Shown here: positions 18,221-33,241 of the stretch, piece by piece | How the letters are laid out: every line of letters starts with the position of its first letter | Numbering within the stretch: position 1 is the first letter of the stretch | Assembly: GCA_964016885.1 (NCBI GenBank) | Contig: OZ024743.1 | Location: forward strand, 173,042,001 to 173,106,000 | DNA: 64,000 nt | From: Eledone cirrhosa | Lineage: Eukaryota | Reading direction: 5' to 3' | Position numbers and translations under genes: made by a program | The notes under the pieces: model-generated | The model's input: the letters and a program-made list of their open reading frames with translations, nothing else | Told to the model about the DNA's origin: nothing | The model's database searches: none

Positions 18221-18622
18221 GTAAACGGAAAAGAAAATGCTGACAAATTGTTCCCAGTGAAAAATAGTTTAATGAGGAATAAGTAAAAATTAGTAATAGT
18301 ATTGGTTAGTATTCAGTTTTGGTTTTAAGTTTTATCGGTTGCGCATTTCTAATGCTTTTCAAAATAATTTTGAGATAGAGCGCCCGTGATGTTTGCTCTA
18401 ATTAGAGCAAACATCACGGGCGCTCTATCTCAAAATTATTTTGAAAAGCATTAGAAATGCGCAACCGGTAAAACTTAAAACCAAAACTGAATACTAACCA
18501 ATACTATTACTAATTTTTACTTATTCCTCATTAAACTATTTTTCACTGGGAACAATTTGTCAGCATTTTCTTTTCCGTTTACCAATATATCATAACTCGT
18601 GTGTTACACCTCTATTCTTTTA
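18219..18622. mobile_element. Fold-back element, family E (other copies 23331-23575, 24989-25313, 39268-39715)
   Basis: Palindrome centred on GCTCTAATTAGAGC near 18400; decayed HHR TTGAAAA-GCATT..AATGC-GCAACCGGTA. Confidence 0.8.
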
Positions 18623-18644
18623 AATATATATATATATATATATC

Positions 18645-19282
18645 ACGTGGTACAACCCACCCTACTCAGCGACCCTAACGAACAGCCTGGCCCAGTCATT
18701 CTTTAGAGCACTAGATAAATGCTTCCAGAGCGACCAAAGATACCACAAGATCTTCAACAGACAGACTGTGAAGCTCTCGTATTCTACCACGCGCAACGTA
18801 GCCCAGCACATAGCTAGCATCAATAGGGATAGATTTAGAAACTACACACAACCAGAATCTGGCAATATAAGCACCAAGCAGAGCCATGTGTAGGGAAGGA
18901 AGGGTGGACCCGGTACTCACCCTGGGAACCCAAACAGACCCGGGGACCCCCACCGAGCCCAGGAGAAGACCACCCTATAATACGCAACGGGAACCCCACA
19001 TTAGGCACTCGGGGGTCGACCACCTTCTGCAACTGCAGAACCCCCACATTATGGCCCCTTAGTAATGAATGCCTCAGGAAGAACTTAATATACGGATGTA
19101 GAGTAAAAAAACGCAACTCAGAGAGCACCTTTACATAGGAGCCACACCAACGAGCTTCAAAGACATGGTATAACCATCGCCATTCCTTTAATAGGGAGGA
19201 CAAAAGGAAAAGTACGGCTCTTTCCGAACTGATCTGGAAGCTGAAGCTGGACACGACCCCGTACTCTCTGGCCTGGTCCAAG
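18645..19282 (+). pseudogene. PLE fragment: RT thumb and GIY-YIG endonuclease region
   Basis: CNCRTPTLWPLSNECLRKNLIY...YIGATPTSFK...STALSELIWKLK on plus. Confidence 0.7.
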
Positions 19283-19284
19283 AC

Positions 19285-20855
19285 GTGAGTATGGGCGCCA
19301 GCGATTCGGTGGAGGTTACAGTTGTTATCGGCCTTTTCCTACTTTTCTCTATCAAGGAAGAATTCCCTAATGTAGGCGGCGGCCTGTATCGTGATGACGG
19401 TTTTTTACCATGACCAAGTGCAGTCCCCGTGCTTGCGACAGGTTAAGAAAGAACACACAGCTTTCTTGTGAGGCCAACCTTTCTGCTGTAAACTACCTCG
19501 ACGTTACCCTCAACGTTTTGAATGGCTTGCACTACACTATAGAAAACCGAATGATACCCTTAATTACATCAGTAAGCATTCTAGCCATCCTGCCAGCATA
19601 ACCAGGAACCTGGTAAGAAACGTTTCATTGAGGCTTTCTCGTCTATCTACAAACAAACATATTTTCACCAATCATTCCACATATTGCAATGAAGCTCTTG
19701 CTCAGAGTGGATTTGTCGACAAGGTAGTATATACTAAGTATGAGCATAAACATAGGAAAAATAGATCCCGACGCATTATATAGTATAACCCACCATATAA
19801 TATGGAGGAGGCCTCACCATTAGCTAATATCTTTCTCTCCCTAATTAAGAAGCATTTCCCCTCAGCATATAAATATAACAACATTGTTAATAGAAATACC
19901 GTTAAAATATCTTACTCCATGACTCCTAACTTTGCACATAACATCACTGTATCAAATTTAGCCAAATTACCTAGCCGTAGTAACACTAGCAACCCTGTAG
20001 CTAGCACTATCTGTAATTGTAGGAATCAGGAAGACTGCCCTCTATTTGGGAAATGCCTCTCCAGTAATATTGTCTACAAACGTAAGGTCGACACACCCAC
20101 GTTTAGTAGGGCCTACATAGGGTTAACTGCCAATAGATTCAAGTAGCATCTTTACATGCACACCCTTTCTTTTCTTAACCTTTTAAGAAGGAACATGATG
20201 TTACTTTCAGCTTATATCTGGAGTCTAAAAGACAACCACACCCAATATAGGTTACACTGGGAGATCCTAGCTGGAGCTAGATCGTATAATCGTATAATGG
20301 AAAAAAAAAGACCATGCGATTTTTGCGCCGCTGAAGCCCTGGAAATACTTTAAAGCCAATGGTCACATCTTAAACAAAAGATCTGAAGCAATTTCGGCTT
20401 GTAAACATAAATTGGATAAAACTTTCCTGTATTACAGCCGCACATTATACCCTAACGGATAGTACGAACAATACACGGATAACTTACGTCTTGATGTGGT
20501 AGATAAGTATATTTTATGTTTATACCATTACTTATTTGTATAGGTAAGTATATCTTACCAGTCTGTTTGTGGAGGTACGTATACTTTTTCGTACGTATAT
20601 ATGGTTGTATAGATGTATATTATATATACGTGTATGTGTGTACATGGTTGTGTGTATATGTGTATTTCGTGTTTGTGTGTATATATGTATATATGTGTAT
20701 ATATGTATATATTAATATATATATATATATATATATATACATGTGTGTGTGTGTGAGCGCGTGTGTGTATGGATGTATGGGATGTGTGTATGTGCTTGTG
20801 TATGTATGTGTATCATGGATATGTTTATATTTGCGTGTGTGTATTTATATAGACA

Positions 20856-20932
<77 letters not shown>

Positions 20933-21845
20933 GTGTGTGTGTGTTGTGCGTGTTTATGTATATGTATGTATGTGTATATGTTTATATATATATATGTGTA
21001 TATATGTACGTATATATATATATATATATATATGGATTATTGTTATGTATGTGTATGAGTTGGTGTAAGTATGTATATGCGGGTGAGCGTGTGTGTATAT
21101 ATATATATGTTTGTATTTTATATACACATATATGTTTATATGTCCATGTGTATATACGGGTATGTATGAGTGTGTATGTGTGTTTTCACGTATGTATGTT
21201 GAACATATGTGTATTAACGTGTAGGTATGTGTGTGTGTTATATATGTATACGCGTGTGTATTTTTTATATGCATATATAATTATATGTATGCACACACAT
21301 ATATATGTGTGTATTTGGTGTATACGTTCGTATGTGTGTGGGTATAAGTGTCGTGACTGGTTTACGTACGTGTGTGTGTGTTTATGTGTATGTGCTTGTA
21401 TATGTTCATACGCCGTGCGTTTTCGTGTATGCAATTGTATGTACGTATATAGATGTGTGTATGTATATATATAATTGTATAAATCTGAAATATTATTACT
21501 TTTATGATTTTAATGACCTCTGTCGTTTTCTTTCAACAAATTTATTCTTAATTCCGAAGCTGAAAATCATTCGGTTTCCTAAATAGAATATTAGTCTAAT
21601 GACTCCATTTATACCATAAACCTGGTTTTGTCTTTGCGTGTAATTGTTCTCATCGTTTCACCTAACGACGTATTATCTTCGCTTTTTACTGTTCATTGTC
21701 AGGGAACAAAAGTATCGTCTTCCTGTTTTCCCTCGCTTGCAACGTTTTTCGAAATATTTTCTTCTGCGTCCACAGATTGATTTTTTTAGTTCCGGTGAAA
21801 GCAGCGATTCTTTGCTTAAACTTGAACCTGTTATTTTAATAAATA
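19285..21845 (+). mobile_element. 5'-truncated PLE (RT + C-terminal GIY-YIG, tentatively Hydra-type) with microsatellite-rich 3' region and family B pLTR
   Basis: MGASDS..., GLYRDDG (about 19381-19401), VNYLDVTLN, CNCRNQEDCPLFGKCL...AYIGLT, CDFC...LNKRSE; stops and frameshifts; pLTR at 21520-21845. Confidence 0.8.
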
Positions 21846-21933
21846 TATATATATATATATATAATATATCTATAATATATATGTAATATATAATATATAT
21901 ATATCTATAATATATATATACACACACACACAC

Positions 21934-22076
<143 letters not shown>

Positions 22077-22146
22077 ATATAATATATATGATATATATAT
22101 ATAATATATATATAATATATGATATATATATATAATATATGATATA

Positions 22147-23298
22147 TCTATCCATCTAGGGTGGGTAAAATTCCAGAGATCCATGGACGAGTTCTCTCCA
22201 GCGGTCTCTGTCCCTCATTATCGCTGCCATGTCCTTCGTCTCCAACAGACCAGTGTCTGTCCTTAGGGCATCAACATACGTTAACCTTCGTCTTCCTCTT
22301 CCAGTGTGTCCATGTAGCGGCTCCCACAGGAGCACTGAGTGCAGTGTCAACTCTGGATGTCGGTGAGCATGTCCAGCTAACCTCAGTCTCCTCTGTGTCA
22401 CTTTTGAGCTAACTTTTGGGAGGCTCCCATACAGCTCTGAGATTTTCATCCTCAGTGTATACTGATTAATGTTCAGAGCCATCCACAATCTTGGTCAGTG
22501 TCCAAGTCTCAGACCCGTACAGAAGCACAAACTCCACTACAGCAATGAAGAGGCGGATTTTTAGGTCTTTACGAAGATCCGACTTCCACACCGATCCCAA
22601 GTTGTGGCACGCCGCCCAGGCTTTGCTTTCCTCTCAACCACATCATCTTCCGTATTCCCAATCTTTGCTCCCAAATACAGGAAGTCCTCAACCAATTCTA
22701 GCGGCTCTCCGCCTACATTAGTAATCCCCTCTGGCTTCTCACCATTCTCTACCAGATATTTTGTCTTAGTCTCATTCATTCTCAGCCCCACACTCATCAA
22801 CACTGTCTCAACCTCCTGCATCAAATCCTCTGCCTCCTTCGCTGTATTTGTCACCCAAACTATGTCGTCGGCAAATTCAGCATCCGATATCTTTTACGCC
22901 TTAACTCTCCTGCTCTGAGCCGGTGTTACAGTAAAGCCAGAGTCCTGGTGTTTCTCCAATGCATACAATAGTCCACTACGATGATAAAAAGGTAGAGAGC
23001 CAATGTATCTCCCTGGAGCACTCCAACCAGAACGGGTTCGGAGAGGCAAGATCAACCACCAGTCACATCCTGATGCTCAAGGAGAATATTAGAGGGAGCT
23101 AGAGCAAAGTGCCTTCCTGCGGTCATGGGTTTCATTGACTTTAGGAAGGCCTTCGATTCTGTGGACCGTCACTGCCTGAAGAAGATCTTACAGGCTTATG
23201 GAATCCCCAAGAAGATAGTGGACCTGATATCACTGCTCTACACTAATACCAAAGCCGATTTCATCACACCTGATGGGATGACAGAGTTCTTTGAGATA
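22147..23298 (-). mobile_element. RTE-type LINE, 5'-truncated with a 5' inversion, in (TA)n
   Basis: Minus 22147-23032 encodes LVGVLQGDTL...FADD...GSETW...GSLEFYPP*; plus 23026-23298 encodes the preceding NQNGF...FIDFRKAFDSV...EFFEI. Confidence 0.85.
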
Positions 23299-23335
<37 letters not shown>

Positions 23336-24288
23336 AAAGAATAGAGGTGTAACACACAAGTTATTATATATTGGTAAACGGAATAGAAAATGCTGACAAA
23401 TTGTTCACAGTTGAAAAATGGTTTAATTAGGAATAAAAGAGTATTAGTGATTGTATGGGTTAGTATTCAGTTGTGGTTTTAAGTTTTTAAGTTTTTACCG
23501 GTTGCGCATTTCTAAATGCTTTTCAAAAATAATTTTGAGATAGAGTGTCCGTGCTGTTTGCTCTTATCAGAGCATAAATCTACCAAAATATACGGTAGTG
23601 TCCAATCCGTATGAAGAACTCAATGTAATCCAAATATCATGAAAAGAGATGTATTCAAAATTCTTTCGATGAAAAACCCAGGAAAACAGAGTCAAGATAA
23701 ATTAATAAAAATAATGAATAAAAACAAAGAAACAGTTCCTTATATTAAAAAATTCATCATTTTACGATCATTTCTAGGATATATATGTGTGTGTTGTTAT
23801 GTATATCATATAGATCTATGTAAAAGTTTTACAAACTATCAGAGGGAATATACATACCTACACATATATATGCTGTCTTCAGAAATAATGATATTTGTTT
23901 ATTGAAAAAAAACAACAAAGATTTAATATAATAGGTCTGTTTGGGAACAGGTTTTGAATTGACCAATAGAAAAGTAGTAAGTGGTCAAGTTGATAGAATA
24001 GAAGTAGTAGAAATTTAATTTAGGGGTAGAGGAATGCAGACTTCAAAACTGAAGTCTGCATTCCTCTACCCCTAAATTAAATTTTCAGCAAAGATTTTCA
24101 GCAAACAGGAGGAGTAGTTGGCTTTGATAAGCATAAAAAAATGCGAAACAGGGCCCTGTCAGCTTTATCTCCCCTGTTTGCTGAAAATTAAAGTAAGTAA
24201 GACTGTCACTACACTAAAACAATAGCATAAGGTCTTCGAAATGCTTTTAATTAAGCAACAGTGTATTACAAAATACACTATATATACA

Positions 24289-24347
<59 letters not shown>

Positions 24348-25309
24348 GGAAATCAGTAAAATCGAATCTCTGGCGGTTTGCAAGTAAATTCGGCCTACTT
24401 ATATGAAATGATGAGTTAGCAAAGCACTCGATAAGATAGGACCTCATAGTAATAACATACGTTTAAATAGCTTGACAAATCGAACATTGTGGTAGGCGAA
24501 ACTAACACACAATACATACCAAAGCAACGATAGAACTAATCAGGTTGAGAAAAGTACACCTGGACAAATCAAACGAACAATCGTTTAAAGTGTTTCTTTG
24601 AATCCGAAATCAAATATCAGACTTACGTGAATGGCAAGCTCATGGTATTGGTGATCGAACAGAGGATTCAGTTTATCAACAGGTTTTCGTTCTGCCTAGA
24701 ACCGGAGTGATAGATTATATGTTGCAGCTCGGATGGCTGCTAATCGTATCTATAGTTATCACGTGTTAATTCCGGCAAGGGAAATAAACTCCGGTTTTAG
24801 GCGGGTCATTCAAAATGCTAGCGAAAGGAATATTTTAATTTCCGCTAATCATCATGATAAGCTCTCTACTAGATTTTATAAAACAAACACAAATAATTAA
24901 CCAATCAACAGAATTGTCTAATTAAATTAATTAGTTAATTATTAAATCTAGGAGATTAATATATATATATATTATATATATATATATTGTTAAACGGAAT
25001 AGAAAATGCTGACAAATTGTTCACAGTTGAAAAATGGTTTAATTAGGAATAAAAGAGTATTAGTGATTGTATGCTCTGATCAGAGCAAACAGCACGGACA
25101 CTCTATCTCAAAATTATTTTTGAAAAGCATTTAGAAATGCGCAACCGGTAAAAACTTAAAAACTTAAAACCACAACTGAATACTAACCCATACATCACTA
25201 ATACTCTTTTATTCCTAATTAAACCATTTTTCAACTGTGAACAATTTGTCAGCATTTTCTATTCCGTTTACCAATATATAATAACTTGTGTGTTAAACCT
25301 CTATTCTTT

Positions 25310-25351
<42 letters not shown>

Positions 25352-25452
25352 CAAAAATACAGGTAAAAAGGCAGGCTGTGTGGTTACTGAAAACAAAGTG
25401 TAAGAAGGTAATAGGGTAAACAAGGTTTCCTTTCATTATTTTATTGCAGCAA

Positions 25453-25592
25453 GGGCGGTGAATTGGCAGTATCGGTAGAGGGTTGGACGCCATGCTTTCT
25501 AGCATAGGTACGTCCCTTTACAGTCTGAGTTCAAATCCCGTCGAGGTTAACTTTGCCTTTCATCCTTACGGGGTCGATAAAATAAAGTACCA
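25453..25592 (+). mobile_element. tRNA-derived SINE, 3'-truncated
   Basis: Homologous to 11999-12140. Confidence 0.8.
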
Positions 25593-25599
25593 GCGAAAA

Positions 25600-26927
25600 T
25601 ATTCACTGGGAATAGCCGGCTATGGTTGGAGTTCATGTACTTTTGCATGTCGTTTGAGCCCTACTGCTGATTTACATTCTCATCCACATGCTTCGCATGC
25701 ATGATGAGTAGCATCTCCAACAGCAGCCTGGTAGTCAACCACTGGGCTTACTTTATGACTGCGAAGATGACTTTCGAGTTCAGCTTTGCTTAGGCAGAGT
25801 CTCGCACAGACGCTGCATGTCAGCACCATAGGAGGACCCTCGCCGTCTGGAAGTGCAACAGCAATGCCCTTCCTCACATCTCGCTTTACTTTCTCGTATG
25901 CGATTCGAGATGCCTCAAAGGCAACTTTTCCCTCATATACAGTCTTTCTCCATTTATTACGATCAGCAGCAATATTTTCTCATGTATCAGCAGAGATGTT
26001 AGCGTCTTTCAAAGAGGCTTTCAAGGAATTCTTATACCTCTTTTTTGGTTTATGTGGCGGTCGTTTTCCTTTAACTAACTCTCCATAAAAGAGTTGTTTG
26101 GGTATTCTAGAATCCTTCATCCTGGCAAGGTGACCACTCCAACGGAGTCGTTGCTTAAGCACAAGAGCTTCTATACTGTCACAGATAGAGCTTCCGAAAA
26201 TCTCGACATCACTGATGTGGTCGCTCCAGTGAACGCCATGGATCCGCCTGAGACACATCTGATGTAAACGCTCCAATTGCTTAAGGTGGTGTCGATATGT
26301 AACCCAGGTCTCGCAGGCATAAAGAAGACAAGAGAGCACACATGCCTTGTACACCTTTACCTTTGTCTTCTTGCATATGTCTCGCCGACCCCAGAGTCGC
26401 CTTTCTAGCTTTCCGAAAGCATCACTTGCTTTCCTAATCCTAAGTGAGATTTCACTATCAAGGTTGCTGTATCGATTGACAGTGCTTCCCAGGTAGACAA
26501 ACTGATCAACCACTCCAAGTCGTTACCATACACATAGATATTTGGTTCACTGTACTGCTTACCAGGGACAGGTTGGTACATGACGACTGTTTTCTTGAGA
26601 CTGACAGTCAATCCTAAGGCAGTGCAAGCGTCAGAAAATGCATTCAAAATGTGCTGCATATCACTCTCTGTGTGCGCTACAAGATCGCAATCATCTGCAT
26701 ACAAGAGGTCTCTTATGATTGATGTAAATACTTTTGTCTTTGCAGCAAAGCGCCTGATGTTAAATATGCTGCCTGACGTTCAATATCGGATGTAAACACC
26801 ATGCTCGCAATTCCTGAATGCAATACAGAAAACCATTGCAAAGTATATGGCAAACATGGTAGGTGCTGGAATATCCCGTTTCACTCCACTTTGTACTGAG
26901 ATAAGCTCCGACATGTTACCTCCGACA
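25600..26927 (-). pseudogene. RTE/BovB-like LINE RT, 3' half
   Basis: LYADD (about 26690-26704), FVYLGS, LLYACETW, LRWSGHLARM...PKQLFYGEL, C2H2-like CSVCARLC...HLRSH; frameshifted. Confidence 0.85.
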
Positions 26928-27468
<541 letters not shown>

Positions 27469-27726
27469 GGTTATATTTAATTTGTTGGGATACAACAAGC
27501 AAAATATTTTTCATAACTGATATAAAGCACTCAACAAATTATTGGAGTAAATTTACAATATATTAACAAATGGAAACTATATTTATAAAACCATATTTAT
27601 TTCATTATACATATCTGATGAAAGCGCACCATAATATGCCTTGGTAGCCCTTGAAATATGTATAATGAAATAAATATGGTTTTATAAATATAGTTTCCGT
27701 TTGTTAATATATTGTATATACATACA

Positions 27727-29618
27727 ATTTGCAGTTATATAAAATATTATAGTTGACATGTCAATGAATAGATGAAAGAATGAAGCAAAGTTATTAGTTA
27801 CCGTTTGGTTGCCAGGCGAACGCGCCTGGCCGAAGACGCCTAGCCGAAGGCCAGGAGCCGAAAAGGCAAATGAGAGAGAGAGAGCTGAAAGTTATTCCCT
27901 TTATAGATGGTGGAACGGAAGTGACAAAAAGGGCTGCCACCCCAACGGGAAGCAACTCCAGCTACTCCTCGTCTAGAGAGCGTTACTCTATTTGTGATGT
28001 TTTCGTCACAACAAGGGAGGCAACTCTTGCTACATAATCCCCCGCCAGATCTTTAAAATATAAAAATCGAATGAAACATGTATGGAGTAAGATGGCGAGA
28101 ATGTTATAACAGGCATGAAAATTATGAGAAAAAATAATGTTTGCAATAAAAGGAAAACAGAAAAATGTATGCATGCAAAAATCAATGATAGATATCAAGG
28201 TAGCCAACCGCTCTTGGCCAGAGAACGACTGGAGATCTATCTATCCGTCACTGAAAGATACAATGTAATCAAAGTAAGAGAAGAGGTCAAAGTTCAAAAG
28301 TTCAAAATACAGTTCACAGGTGTGCAATCACATGACAGCAGGAAAGAAAGTGTGTTCCAGAGAATGAATGCAGGTGGTTTCTGGTCTGTGGTATAACGTG
28401 AAATTTCCAACCTCAGAAGGGAATTCCTCACAGGAAGAGTGCTGCAAAAATAAATTCTCTGGCTTGTTCCGCTGGTTTTGGTTGTTGATGAAGCTGTGTT
28501 GCTGTTGATGTTGTCGTCTCGCGGAGTGAGCGTATTCGATGTTTAAATTCACAGTAAAAAATTTTCCAGAAAAAAAATGAGTTGCGCAAAGTGCTAGAAA
28601 TAACAGCCAAAGTTGATGGTCGATGTTGAGAATGCGTTGACCTGGAAGGGTCAAGAGGCTAGCGACCAAAGAAATAAGCATTCTGAATAAACGCGCAGTT
28701 TTCAACGGCAAATTTACGTGGTAAATTTTTAAACCGGCAAATAGGAGAATATAGCTTAAGGCTGGAGAATCCTTGGCGAGAAACGTTATCTCTGGCGTGT
28801 GGTTATCTCAGTGAGTCGAGAGGTCTGCTGCCTACACGTGCCGAAACAAGGTTAAGTTGAGAAAAATAAAAATTCTATTGCGCGAGAAAATGGCGCGAAA
28901 ATGATAGTGCAACAGGTCGTTGGCAGCCATTGTGAAAAAATGTGTGTGTGAACGTGACAATATGAGAAAGAAAGAAAGGCTTCACTTAGTATAACAAATA
29001 TGGCGAGTTCAATTTTTTTTGTGGACGATGAAAAAAACTTGAACGATGAAGAAAACGCTGAAAAAAGGCAATAGTTGAGATTCATCGAAAATAAATGTTC
29101 ATGTTGAAATGTGTAAAAAAAAATCAAATTTCTTTTTTTTTGTTTGTTTTTAAAGTGTTCGTTGTAAGAAGAAACGAAAAACATATATATGCATCCAGTG
29201 AAATGCGACACTTAGTTGATGTACGACACGTGCGTGAGAGAAAAAGACTCTGTCTGAACGAGAATTTCACATGCGCGTGTGTTCGTTTCTGTGTCTGCGT
29301 ATTTTCCTAGTTTGTCAATAAAACTTGCTGCGTATTCGTAATGTTACTCACACAACACCAGATTCTGCTATTTTTTTCTTTTTCGGGGTCACCACTTATA
29401 GCAAAATACTGGTGTGGGTGTTTGAATATAACAAGAGACGTGGTTTGTGTGTATAAAGTTTAATCAACAATTTGCAGTTATATAAAATAGTATAGTTGAC
29501 ATGTCAATGAATAGATGAAAGAATGAAGCAAAGTTATTAGTTACCGTTTGGTTGCCAGGCGAACGCGCCTGGCCGAAGACGCCCGGCCGAAGGCTAGGAG
29601 CCGAAAAGGCAAATGAGA
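27727..29618. repeat. Unclassified element bounded by about 150-bp hairpin-rich direct repeats (27727-27873 and 29469-29618)
   Basis: Near-identical direct repeats containing GCCAGGCG-aacg-CGCCTGGC and CCTAGCC-gaa-GGCTAGG type hairpins. Confidence 0.55.
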
Positions 29619-29619
29619 G

Positions 29620-30480
29620 TAGTTTTCTATGTCGAGTTGCAGGAAGCGAGTGTGGCGTTTGTCGGGTAATTCTTGGAACCAAGATATTGCCTCAGAACTT
29701 CTGCTCCAGAGTGGGAGTGGTGAGGCAGCCCGCAATGATGGTAGAACTCTATCTAGGATCTTCTTACTGATAGAGCCGATGTCCGAACGAGTGGGGTTGA
29801 TAAGTCTGACTGATGGTTTGTTGAGGAAGTTTCCCTTGTGGTCCTTCAGGGTAAAGTGCGGGGTCTTTACCCTTAAAGGTTCGGTTAGGTCATGTAATTT
29901 AAGGGACTTGGCGATTTATTTTCCGGCCGCGTTTGTCTCAGTCAATGCCATCTCGATTACCTTTTTGTAGGTGGTCGTGATGGCATTTTTTGCCAGCTTA
30001 TTGTAGGTCTGTGGGTCTACTTCATAAACGTTTTTTTGGTTTTATCGGAGGAGACATGAAGATTAGGGGATTTTTTTATATTCCGCAATTCAGTATTTAA
30101 GTAGGCCTGGAATGGTGGGGTGGCTCTACGGAATTTTATATCTTTGATCATCTTGAAGAGGTCTTCCTCAAAAGGTTCAAGTAAGCTGTTGGTGGGTGGT
30201 GCCTTATTCGTTTTGAAACCGAACTTCTCATCATTGGTAGATGGGTTGTCGTGGAAGAAGGCTTTCCATCTAATTCGCTTGATGAACTCGACTGCACGTC
30301 TGATGAGTATTTTTAGGTAAAGTTTCCTTGGAGGGATAGGGATGTTCTTCATGGAGACATCAAGGTCGAGTTTGGTCAGCATAGTTTCTTGGTGATGGTT
30401 ATAAGGGGCACAAAGAGTGCTAAAAGGTAAGTTATTCCGGGTTGAATCGGAGGTAACCACAGTAAGTAAGGTACGCAATA
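29620..30480 (-). pseudogene. PLE RT ORF 5' fragment (family L)
   Basis: ATG at 30382: MLTKLDLDVSMKNIPIPPRKLY...IRWKAFF...SSDKT, continuing in shifted frames to TLKDHK..., RLINPTRSDIG, FLQLDIENY. Confidence 0.8.
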
Positions 30481-30670
30481 CATAGCAGAGTATAAAAGTT
30501 ATTTTTCCAGCCTCACTTCCAATTTTTAACAGATTTTAAATCTCATTTCATATTTTTTATCCATAACATCTGCCATGACCGATCCAGACATATATTAATA
30601 TTTGGTAATGGAATAGTTATATTTTGTGTTATTCACTTTCTAATATATATATATATATTTAATTTTTATT

Positions 30671-30699
<29 letters not shown>

Positions 30700-30703
<4 letters not shown>

Positions 30704-31580
30704 TCAACACGCTAAATACCGTCTTTTAGTTAGCGCACACCACCAGGCCTATCAGGTTTGCTATAACTTACTTATCCTAATTTTTCACGGTTACTTCTTT
30801 CTTTGTCCTGTGTCCTCCCACGATGGGATCTGTTCACCTGTTTTATTCTCCATTTTTTCCCTTTTCCCTTTCATCCTTTCTCCTCACCACCCTTCCCCCT
30901 TTGTTCTTCTTCCTCTTTTCCCTCTTTTTACTTCCTTTTCTCTCTCTCCTTTTCTCTTCCGATCACTACAGATGTCCTGGAAATAAGCAGCGAAATATCT
31001 GGATCGCGGATTTTACAGCTGACGAAGGATTCTTTCTTCTATTCTCCTCTTGTTCCATTCTAAACCTTGTTTTTAGTTACCACACAGCTCCTTTCGTTTC
31101 GTATCATTTTGTATTTACTGCTGTGACTCCCCTCTACCTGTTTGGTTCGATCTGTGTTTCTACCACACTTTCGCATCATCCCTCCCCTTCTCTTTTTCAT
31201 TCTTCTCCTCTCTCGTTTTTTTTTCTCTCTATCCATCCGTTCGGGTTTGGTTGTTGACATGTTTACACGTGTCGTAAAAACTCCTCTGTTTGCAATCTTT
31301 TACGACACGTTTTATCACCGTCGTAAAACCCCTTTTGGATTATCTCCCTTGCTCGTGTCTCTCTCTCGTCTACGAGAGAGTCAACACGCTAAAAACCGTC
31401 ATTTAGTTAGCGCACACCACCAGGCTTAAGTCTATCGGGTTTGCTATAACTTACTTATCCTATTTTTTCACGGTTACTCATTTGCTTGTTTTATTGTCCT
31501 GTGTCCTCTCACGAAGGATTCTTTCCTCTTTTCTCTTTTCTCCTCTTGTTTTTAGTAACCACACAGCTCCATTCGTTTCT
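30700..31580. repeat. Tandem pLTR-like direct duplication (family M), unclassified
   Basis: 30700-30830 is similar to 31377-31510; the second unit is internally deleted; microsatellite flanks. Confidence 0.5.
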
Positions 31581-31582
31581 TA

Positions 31583-31674
<92 letters not shown>

Positions 31675-31704
31675 ATGTATGTATGTATATATATATATAC
31701 ATAC

Positions 31705-31810
31705 TTGTTTCTACTTTAGGCACAAGGCCAGCAATTACCCAGTGCATTACTGGTACTTTATTTTATCGACCCCGTAAGGATGAAAGGCAAAGTCAACCTC
31801 GGCGGGATTT
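31705..31810 (-). mobile_element. SINE 3' half
   Basis: Reverse complement of the SINE core and tail. Confidence 0.75.
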
Positions 31811-32291
31811 GGAATGAAACGAAATTTCATTTCTCACTCTTAGTACGGCTGATACCTAAATATAAGTATGTATACGTACATACATATATGTGTACAGACG
31901 CACAGTAGTATATATATATACATACTACTGTGCGTCTGTACACATATATGTATGTACGTATACATACTTATATTTAGGTATCAGCCGTACTAAGAGTGAG
32001 AAATGAAATTTCGTTTCATTCTTTTTCATTTATCGTTTTCGGTATGCCTGGCCGACTAACTTACTCGATATGCAAATTATATATATAATTGAATATATAT
32101 AATATATATATATATAATTGAATATTAAAGAAAAACGAACACAGATATATACATATATGTGTTCAAGTCGTATGATGAGCAAGAATTGGTTTTCCTCTTC
32201 ACAATTAATTTTGCGAAACAGCATTACCAAAGCTGTCTGGGTGATTGGTAGTTACCACAATTCCGGTTTGTATTTATTTTCTTGATTTATT

Positions 32292-32366
32292 CACCCACTG
32301 ATGAGCAAGAATTGGTATTCCTCTTCACAATTAATTTTGCGAAACAGCATTACCAAAGCTGTCTGG
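32292..32366 (+). ncRNA. Type I hammerhead ribozyme (family F), GUC cleavage triplet ending at 32363
   Basis: CACCCA-CTGATGA-GCAAGAATTG...CAATTAATTTTGC-GAAA CAGC attaccaaa GCTG TC-TGG; the neighbouring unit (32173-32242) keeps the full TGGGTG stem I strand. Confidence 0.8.
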
Positions 32367-32577
32367 TAGTTACCACAATTCCGGTTTGTATTTATTTTTT
32401 TGATTTATTCTTAAATTGAGTCTGGCAAACCCTATTGTCTATAGTTAGTATTCTTTTCACCTTAGCAAATCTGGTCCCTTACGATTTGAACACATATATG
32501 TATATATCTGTGTTCGTTTTTCTTTTATATTCAATTATAATATACGAGCTATTTTATTGTAAGAGACTATTTTGAGA

Positions 32578-33241
<664 letters not shown>

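Noticed and set aside
30955-31015. Hammerhead in family M
   Set aside because: A hairpin with GAAA is present but there is no CUGANGA core.
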